Below are positions 45,625 through 51,152 of a stretch of 51,152 nucleotides of DNA, one piece after another. A model generated the notes under the pieces. It was not told the origin of the DNA, did not search any database, and saw nothing but the letters and a program-made list of their open reading frames with translations. Each line of letters opens with the position of its first letter. The first letter of the stretch is position 1. The position numbers and the translations under genes were made by a program. Source of the DNA: Treponema sp. (GTDB lineage: Bacteria > Spirochaetota > Spirochaetia > Treponematales > Breznakiellaceae); assembly GCA_009777995.1 (NCBI GenBank), contig WRKT01000016.1:1-51152 (forward strand). Direction: 5' to 3'.

Positions 45625-47208
45625 ATGGCAAAGAGAAGAAATACCGGCGGTACGAGAGTGATGCGGCTTACACAACAACAGATGATGATGATGGGGATGG
45701 GCGCTATGATTCGACCTAATATCAGGAGCAGAGGCATACAAGCCAAGGCGCCTCAACAGGAGCAGAGGCTTTTCTATGCTGTGCTCGACGGCAGACAGGC
45801 AGGGCCTTTTTCCATCGCAGAAATGTCACAGCTAATAAGTCAAGGAAGTATCGCAAGAGAAAGCCTTGTGTGGAAACAGGGAATGTCTGCATGGCAGCAG
45901 GCCCATATTACCCCTGAGATTATGATGCTTTTCCCGCAATCTGCAGTACCACCGGTAGGATCATTGCCGCCGCCTCCTCGCCCTATGCCACCTCAATCCA
46001 TGCCTCCGCCGCCAAAGCAGACCTGGGAGCATTACTATCTTCCGATAGAAGGCATCCTGAACGAATGCCCGGTTAACGAAGAAGATCATGAAGAAAATAT
46101 TTCTGCTGAAACGCAGGAGCAAGCTGCAATGATTCTGGAGATCTTAGCTGATTTCAGAATTGAAGCAGAAGTCACAGGAATTATCCGCGGGCCTGTAGTT
46201 ACAATGTACGAGATACTCCCTGCAGCAGGGGTTAAACTGTCAAAGATATCCGAGCTTGAAAACAATATCGCCTTGCGTCTTGCAGCTAAATCCCTTAGGA
46301 TACTTTCTCCCATTCCGGGGAAAAATGCAGTTGGTATTGAAGTACCAAACAGGAAACGCGAACTTGTAAGTTTTAGGAAAACTATTGAAAATTGCTTTGA
46401 GGGATATACTGCACATTCTCAAAAAGCTTTACCGGTATTTTTAGGAAAAACAATTACGGGTGATATTTTATCAGCTGATCTTGCTACAATGCCGCATCTC
46501 CTTGTAGCAGGTACAACAGGCTCAGGCAAGTCGGTGTGCATCAATTCTATTATCCTTTCGCTTCTTTACCTGTTTACTCCTGATCAATGCAGAATGATAT
46601 TTATTGATCCGAAGATTGTCGAGTTAAAATTCTACGATGGGATTCCCCATCTGATTACCCCCGTTATACATGAGAGTGAAGGTGCTCTCAGGGCTCTTCG
46701 CTATTGTGTCAGCGAAATGGAAAGGCGTTATGATGTGCTTGGCAAGGCTTCTGCAAGAAACACCAAATCGTTTAATAAAAATGCCGAAGAGAAGGGCTCA
46801 CCTCTTTTACCCTATTGGGTTGTTATAATTGATGAGTATGCAGACCTTATGGCAGTTTCAGGCAAGGAAACCGAAGGGCTCATAGCTCGACTTGCAGCAA
46901 AAAGCCGTGCTGTCGGCATCCACTTAATTCTTGCAACTCAAAGGCCGTCAACGAATGTGATCACGGGAATCATAAAGGGCAATATACCTGCACGCATCGC
47001 CTTTATGGTTGCATCTAACAATGACAGCCGAATAATTCTCGACTCATCAGGTGCAGAAAAGCTTCTTGGCAAAGGTGACATGCTCTACTCAAGTAATGAT
47101 GCACCGTTTCCAATTCGTGCACAAGGCGCTTATGTCTGCGAAGATGAGGCAGAGAAAGCCGCGACACATCTCAGGAGTCTTGGAAGGCCTGAATATGTGG
47201 ATATATAA
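45625..47208 (+). CDS. FtsK/SpoIIIE-family motor ATPase (alpha+beta domains only) with N-terminal GYF-like domain and polyproline tract; no TM anchor, no gamma domain
   Basis: 527 aa. Residues about 49-100 FYAVLDGRQAGPFSIAEMSQLISQGSIARESLVWKQGMSAWQQAHITPEI; polyPro PPVGSLPPPPRPMPPQSMPPPPKQ. Residues about 130-527 align along their length with the E. coli FtsK motor: Walker A PHLLVAGTTGSGKSV, MIFIDPK, GIPHL, Walker B VVIIDEYADL, ATQRPS, IPARIAF, GKGDMLY. The protein ends GRPEYVDI, exactly where the FtsK gamma domain would begin. Confidence 0.8.
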   Translation: MAKRRNTGGTRVMRLTQQQMMMMGMGAMIRPNIRSRGIQAKAPQQEQRLFYAVLDGRQAGPFSIAEMSQLISQGSIARESLVWKQGMSAWQQAHITPEIMMLFPQSAVPPVGSLPPPPRPMPPQSMPPPPKQTWEHYYLPIEGILNECPVNEEDHEENISAETQEQAAMILEILADFRIEAEVTGIIRGPVVTMYEILPAAGVKLSKISELENNIALRLAAKSLRILSPIPGKNAVGIEVPNRKRELVSFRKTIENCFEGYTAHSQKALPVFLGKTITGDILSADLATMPHLLVAGTTGSGKSVCINSIILSLLYLFTPDQCRMIFIDPKIVELKFYDGIPHLITPVIHESEGALRALRYCVSEMERRYDVLGKASARNTKSFNKNAEEKGSPLLPYWVVIIDEYADLMAVSGKETEGLIARLAAKSRAVGIHLILATQRPSTNVITGIIKGNIPARIAFMVASNNDSRIILDSSGAEKLLGKGDMLYSSNDAPFPIRAQGAYVCEDEAEKAATHLRSLGRPEYVDI

Positions 47209-47224
47209 AAGATAAGAGGTAAAA

Positions 47225-48046
47225 GTGAAGAGAGTGGTTGTTTTGTTGGTAGTTTGTTTACTCTTTGTGGGGTGTAACAGGAATCCTTTGACCGGTCAGA
47301 GGACTATAGCTCTTGTTAGTAACAACACACTTTTTCCTATGGCGTTTCAGCAATATGAAGATTTTTTGAATGAAAACACATTGGTAACAGGAACTGCAGA
47401 AGCAGAAATGGTAAGACGGGTGGGAGACAGAATCAGGCTGGCAGCGGAAAGCCTCCTGGCTGCCGAAGGTCATGAAAATTATCTGGATGATTATCAATGG
47501 GAGTATCATTTAGTTCAGAGTAATGAAGTTAATGCATGGGTTATGCCGGGTGGTAAGATTGTTATCTATACCGGCATACTCCCGCTGGCAGGCAACGAAG
47601 ACGGCCTTGCGGTGATCATGGGGCACGAAGTTGCCCATGCGATACTTAACCATGGGCAGCAAAGAATGAGTGCAAGCCTGCTTCGAGAAATTGGCAGGTT
47701 GGGTATTTCCATTGGCGCTTCACTCCTGGATCTTCCTTCCGACACTCAAAGATTGATCCTGGCTGCCTACGGTGTTGGCTCACACTTGGGTGCTATTCTG
47801 CCATTCAGCAGAAGCCATGAAAACGAAGCGGATTACTATGGTCTAATCCTAATGACAATCGCCGGTTATGACCAGAATGCGGCGGTCAGCTTCTGGGAAA
47901 GAATGGCAGCTTTGGGAGGAGGAGGTCTTGAATGGCTAAGCACCCATCCATCAAGTGAAAACAGAGCCGGTCAGCTTCAGGGTTGGATTCCCGAAACAAG
48001 AGAAATAGCTGACCAAATTAAGCTATCAATATCTTATGTACAATAA
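47225..48046 (+). CDS. M48-family (YcaL/LoiP/BepA-like) zinc metalloprotease lipoprotein
   Basis: 273 aa. Lipobox LLFVGC. NAWVMPGGKIVIYTGIL, HExxH as AVIMGHEVAHAILNH, and the third ligand region SRSHENEADYYG. This matches the periplasmic M48B pattern. GTG start. Confidence 0.8.
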   Translation: MKRVVVLLVVCLLFVGCNRNPLTGQRTIALVSNNTLFPMAFQQYEDFLNENTLVTGTAEAEMVRRVGDRIRLAAESLLAAEGHENYLDDYQWEYHLVQSNEVNAWVMPGGKIVIYTGILPLAGNEDGLAVIMGHEVAHAILNHGQQRMSASLLREIGRLGISIGASLLDLPSDTQRLILAAYGVGSHLGAILPFSRSHENEADYYGLILMTIAGYDQNAAVSFWERMAALGGGGLEWLSTHPSSENRAGQLQGWIPETREIADQIKLSISYVQ

Positions 48047-48064
48047 AATCTCGTATGAGGTTTT
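48045..48064 (+). repeat. Conserved intergenic hairpin element copy 2 (AAAATCTC-GTAT-GAGGTTTT), terminator-like
   Basis: 8-bp stem (one G-U pair) with a GTAT loop. It overlaps the M48 stop codon and is followed by AAAATATTTTT. 24 nt upstream of the AGGAGA ribosome-binding site of gene 48089. Confidence 0.6.
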
Positions 48065-48088
48065 AAAATATTTTTAGGAGAATTTTTT

Positions 48089-48508
48089 ATGAAAACCATG
48101 ATCAAAGTATTCGGAGTTATAGTATTTATCGCTGTAATTAGCTTATCAACGGCAACTGCCCAATCTGCACAAAACATTGGCAGAATAACCATTACCGAGA
48201 TACCGGCCCGGTATGACGGTAAATTTATAATGCTAACTGTAGACACAGGTGGTTCCGGTGCCAGAAATGTGGCATGGGGTACACGGACAATAAACGGCAC
48301 TTCGACTACCATCAACTTGCTTGACTGGGTTACTGACCAACCGACAACCATAAATGCAGGTAATTATGGGCTTAATATAATCCTTGCCGCCAACATGTCT
48401 GCCATTGCAAATGATCAGGAAGAGTTTATAGGCATTATAATGGCCAGAGCCCTTTCCGGAGAAACAGTTTCAGTAGAATGGGGTGAGTTCATGGATATGA
48501 CAAACTAA
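48089..48508 (+). CDS. Small secreted protein, unknown family (paralog A)
   Basis: 139 aa. SPase-I signal peptide (…STATAQS/AQ). Conserved core ITEIPARYDGKFIMLTVDTGGSGARNVAWGTRTI...LLDWVTDQPTTI..GNYGLNIILAANM. Confidence 0.5.
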   Translation: MKTMIKVFGVIVFIAVISLSTATAQSAQNIGRITITEIPARYDGKFIMLTVDTGGSGARNVAWGTRTINGTSTTINLLDWVTDQPTTINAGNYGLNIILAANMSAIANDQEEFIGIIMARALSGETVSVEWGEFMDMTN

Positions 48509-48550
48509 TCCATAACATGCATTAAATTGTTCGAAAGGAGGCGTAGTTTT

Positions 48551-49600
48551 ATGAAAAGGCTGAGTGTATTCTTGGTTTTGTCTTTATTCATTACAGTTTG
48601 TTTAATTGCACAAACTGCCCAAAGCCCCCGGGAACTGCGCCTTGGGGGAGTCCCTGTTTCGGGAACCCTGCAATCCGGCTCTGAAATATGGTACAGTGTA
48701 AGACCTTCTTCAAACGGATTCATAATAATCGAAACCACAGGTAATACAGATACTTATCTTGATGCCTATGATGAACGCAGAAACTTTCTTATGGAAGATG
48801 ATGATGGCGGCGAAGGTATTAATGCCCGTATAGAAATCTATGCTGAAGCCGGCAGAACATACCTGTTTAAACTGAGAGGTTTTGGGAGCCACTCAACAGG
48901 TCCATATCAGATATGGGCAAGCTCAGAACCTGTCCCTGTTGCTATACAGCTAATCTCCGGAACAGAGCGTCAGGTAAGCCATTTGCCCGGAGCAAGAAAC
49001 TGGTTCAGTGTCCGTACTACGGCAGCCGGCTATCTTGTCGTAGAAACTTTCGGCAATGAAATAGACACTTTCATGGATCTATATGATTCCGGATACAATC
49101 TTTTAAACCGGGATGATGATGGCGGCATGGGCCTTAATGCCCGAATTGAAATTCTTGCTGAGCCTAATCAAACTTATTACTTTATGGTTAGGGGATGGAG
49201 TGATATTACGGCAGGTTCATATACCATTCTGGCAGTTCATGAACCAATTCCTCAAGACACTGATCGTAACACCGAACGCGGAAGAGCTGTTGCCATAAGG
49301 CTTGGAGAAGCAATTCCTGTTTATTTCCGCGCTATAAATGAATCACGTTGGTACCGTTACGATATAACACGACCCGGAACTGTTTTTGTTGTGCAAACCA
49401 GGGGAAACCTGGACACTACATTGCTTCTCTATGACAGCCGTGGGGTACTTATCGCTGAAGATAATTATTCAGGCGATTACCCAAATAATGCACTGATTTA
49501 TGAAAGACTCAATCCGGGAACTTATTTAATTGAAGTAAGAACATATACAAATGGCGTAGGTGTTACAGGCCGCTGTACCCTTCATGCCGAAACACGTTAA
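48551..49600 (+). CDS. Secreted protein of three tandem PPC-like (bacterial pre-peptidase C-terminal-type) repeats
   Basis: 349 aa from ATG 48551 (AAGGAGG ribosome-binding site). Signal peptide. Three roughly 110 aa repeats share L..G....G.L......WY.V.....G...VET.GN.DT.L.LYD..G..L..DDDGG.G.NARIEI.A.....YY..VRG......G.Y.I. Confidence 0.5.
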   Translation: MKRLSVFLVLSLFITVCLIAQTAQSPRELRLGGVPVSGTLQSGSEIWYSVRPSSNGFIIIETTGNTDTYLDAYDERRNFLMEDDDGGEGINARIEIYAEAGRTYLFKLRGFGSHSTGPYQIWASSEPVPVAIQLISGTERQVSHLPGARNWFSVRTTAAGYLVVETFGNEIDTFMDLYDSGYNLLNRDDDGGMGLNARIEILAEPNQTYYFMVRGWSDITAGSYTILAVHEPIPQDTDRNTERGRAVAIRLGEAIPVYFRAINESRWYRYDITRPGTVFVVQTRGNLDTTLLLYDSRGVLIAEDNYSGDYPNNALIYERLNPGTYLIEVRTYTNGVGVTGRCTLHAETR

Positions 49601-49604
49601 TAAA

Positions 49605-49620
49605 AATCTCGTATGAGATT
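49605..49620 (+). repeat. Conserved intergenic hairpin element copy 3 (AATCTC-GTAT-GAGATT)
   Basis: Same CTCGTATGAG core, 4 nt after the stop of gene 48551-49600 and about 20 nt before the AGGA ribosome-binding site of gene 49646. Followed by an A-run rather than a T-run. Confidence 0.55.
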
Positions 49621-49645
49621 AAAAAAAACTTAAATAGGATTTTTT

Positions 49646-50071
49646 ATGAAAAGCATGATCAAAGCATTCGGAATAGTTTTACTAATTACAGTAATCGGTA
49701 TATCAATGGGAGCCTGTGCATCATCTGCAAGTCCAAGGGTAACTTATAATAGCGTAACCATTACAGATATACCGTCAGCGTTTGAAGGTAAGTTTGCAAT
49801 GCTAACCTTGGACACAGGCGGTTCAGGAGCCAGAACTCTTGCCTGGGGCACTCGGACCATAACCGGATCTTCAGCTACATTCAACTTGCTGGATTGGGTT
49901 ACAGATCGACCTACAACCATTAGAGAAGGCAATTATGGAGTTAACTTAATCATTGCGGCTAACATGACTGCAATTACCAATGATGAAGAGGAATATGTAG
50001 GCATTATCATGAGCAGAGCCTTTTTTGGAGAAACAGTTTTAATAGAGTTTGGCGAGTTGATGTCGTTCTAG
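49646..50071 (+). CDS. Small lipoprotein, paralog B of 48089-48508
   Basis: 141 aa. About 60-65% identical to paralog A across the mature region, but the signal peptide ends in the lipobox ISMGAC, so it is predicted to be lipidated while paralog A is not. Confidence 0.5.
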   Translation: MKSMIKAFGIVLLITVIGISMGACASSASPRVTYNSVTITDIPSAFEGKFAMLTLDTGGSGARTLAWGTRTITGSSATFNLLDWVTDRPTTIREGNYGVNLIIAANMTAITNDEEEYVGIIMSRAFFGETVLIEFGELMSF

Positions 50072-50080
50072 GGGAGAATT

Positions 50081-51152
50081 ATGAGCATAGAGAATGTAAA
50101 ACAGGAAGTCCAAGCGCTAGTAAATGCAAAGTTCGGTGCCAATGCGCCAATGTTATGGAATGTATACAACTCAAATCCCGGTTCTGATACGGTTGAGTAT
50201 TGGGAAAACATGCGCCAGTCCCTGACTGCACAACCGGTTGCAGCGCAAGAAACAGGAGCACAAGGGTCAAGTGCCCCATCACCCGCAGCGAGCGGGAAGC
50301 AGAGCGACGAATGGATCTACGAGGCGGCTGAAGGCTCGCCTGACTCAGCAGGCGGAATTGTTATAACAGGTTATAAGGGGAAAGGTGATGAGCTCCACAT
50401 CCCCGCCGAGATAGACGGAAAAACTGTTGTCCGCATAGGCAAGAGCGCTTTTGAGAAAGCATCATTCTCCGTTGTTACGATTCCTGAAGGCGTTACTGAA
50501 ATATGTCAGGAAGCCTTTTATAAGATGGAGTTCTTACGTCATGTTGATATTCCTGACAGCGTTGTTACCATAGGAGACGAGGCCTTTCAGAGCTGCGGCC
50601 TTAAAACTGTTCGTTTAGAGAAAGGCGGGGTAAAAACCATAGGCAAGGATGCTTTCAGAAATAACAATATTGAGGAGCTCAGCCTTCCCGGTGGACTTGA
50701 AACAATAGGAGACCAAGCTTTTGCTAAGAACAAGATAAAGAGCCTGCAAATCCCTGACTCGGTAAACTCCATCGGAGTGGAAGCCTTCTCCGGGAACGAC
50801 ATGGAGAATCTGATCCTAGGATTGGGACTTACAGTGATCGGGCCCAAGGCTTTCAGGAACAATAAAATCAAAACTATAATCATTCCTGATACGGTAAAGG
50901 AAGTCTGCGAGGAAGCGTTTTGGCAGAACAATATTGAATACGCAGTGATCCCCGATGCAGGACTTACCATCGGAGAAAAAGCTTTCGGAAAAGTAAAGCC
51001 CATTAAAGTTTCGGAATACAACGCAAAGGTTGCCTCGGGGAAAATCAAACCTCCTGAGCAAAAACCGAGCCAAAAGCCTGCCCCCAAATCTTCATCGAAT
51101 TTACCAGGCGGAAACGTGGCTGCAAGCGATGCCGACGGATTCCCCATCAGGG
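50081..51152 (+). CDS. BspA-type leucine-rich-repeat protein, 3'-truncated by window end
   Basis: ATG 50081 lies 9 nt after the upstream stop, with GGGGAG upstream. The ORF is open to the window end, more than 357 codons. From about residue 100 it has the repeated motif IP.SV..IG..AF..N.I..L.(I/L)P (for example IPEGVTEICQEAF, IPDSVVTIGDEAF, IPDSVNSIGVEAF, IPDTVKEVCEEAF), typical of BspA-like LRRs. It is absent from the ORF track only because it has no in-window stop. Confidence 0.7.
   Translation, partial: MSIENVKQEVQALVNAKFGANAPMLWNVYNSNPGSDTVEYWENMRQSLTAQPVAAQETGAQGSSAPSPAASGKQSDEWIYEAAEGSPDSAGGIVITGYKGKGDELHIPAEIDGKTVVRIGKSAFEKASFSVVTIPEGVTEICQEAFYKMEFLRHVDIPDSVVTIGDEAFQSCGLKTVRLEKGGVKTIGKDAFRNNNIEELSLPGGLETIGDQAFAKNKIKSLQIPDSVNSIGVEAFSGNDMENLILGLGLTVIGPKAFRNNKIKTIIIPDTVKEVCEEAFWQNNIEYAVIPDAGLTIGEKAFGKVKPIKVSEYNAKVASGKIKPPEQKPSQKPAPKSSSNLPGGNVAASDADGFPIR

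Noticed and set aside
50587-51147. 186 aa minus-strand ORF in the track
   Set aside because: It lies entirely antisense to the much longer plus-strand BspA-LRR reading frame, whose translation has a clear repeat structure. It is a shadow ORF.
1-51152. tRNA, rRNA, CRISPR arrays and mobile elements
   Set aside because: I found no arrays of short direct repeats with spacers, no tRNA-like sequences in the intergenic regions I inspected, and no transposase, integrase or recombinase-like ORFs. Absence is based on reading the sequence, not on tRNAscan, CRT or ISfinder, so short elements could have been missed.

Overview
This 51 kb window is densely coding on both strands. It looks bacterial and is probably spirochete or Treponema-like. 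That call rests only on gene content: LL-diaminopimelate aminotransferase DapL, a BspA-type leucine-rich-repeat protein, a 7TMR-DISM hybrid sensor kinase, and InlB-B-repeat/DUF1566 lipoproteins. I assign it low confidence.

I support about 55 protein-coding genes. I found no rRNA, tRNA, CRISPR array, transposase or integrase.

Recognisable housekeeping genes are mgsA, dapL, the serA-serC pair with a DUF1015 gene, acyP, and Nif3-like paralogs.

Accessory content includes:
- A roughly 7.5 kb, 10-gene minus-strand operon built around a five-component ABC-2 exporter, followed by an FMN reductase, a PAP2 phosphatase, an outer-membrane beta-barrel protein, a GNAT and a P-loop kinase.
- Several GNAT acetyltransferases and a decayed APH-like kinase remnant.
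- An Fe3+-type ABC importer.
- A Rnl5 (DraRnl/NgrRnl-like) RNA ligase.
- Two translationally coupled hybrid histidine kinases with a LuxR-type response regulator.
- A cation/proton antiporter fused to a PTS EIIA-like domain.
- A tandem HD-GYP protein.

The most unusual locus runs from about 42.7 to 50.1 kb. It is a tightly packed module containing:
- a double zinc-ribbon membrane protein;
- a YdjI-type SPFH protein with a polyproline tail and a GYF-like (DUF4339) domain;
- a small stand-alone GYF-like protein;
- an FtsK/SpoIIIE motor protein that has no membrane anchor and no gamma domain, but carries its own N-terminal GYF-like domain and polyproline tract;
- an M48 (YcaL/LoiP-type) lipoprotein protease.

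This module is followed by paralogous small secreted proteins and a protein made of three PPC-like repeats. Three of these transcription units are preceded by copies of the same short hairpin element, CTCGTATGAG.

I could not run homology searches or HMMs. All domain calls come from motif and pattern recognition. The ORF track translates alternative start codons as M, so several starts are adjusted by hand, and hand-derived coordinates may be off by 1-2 nt.
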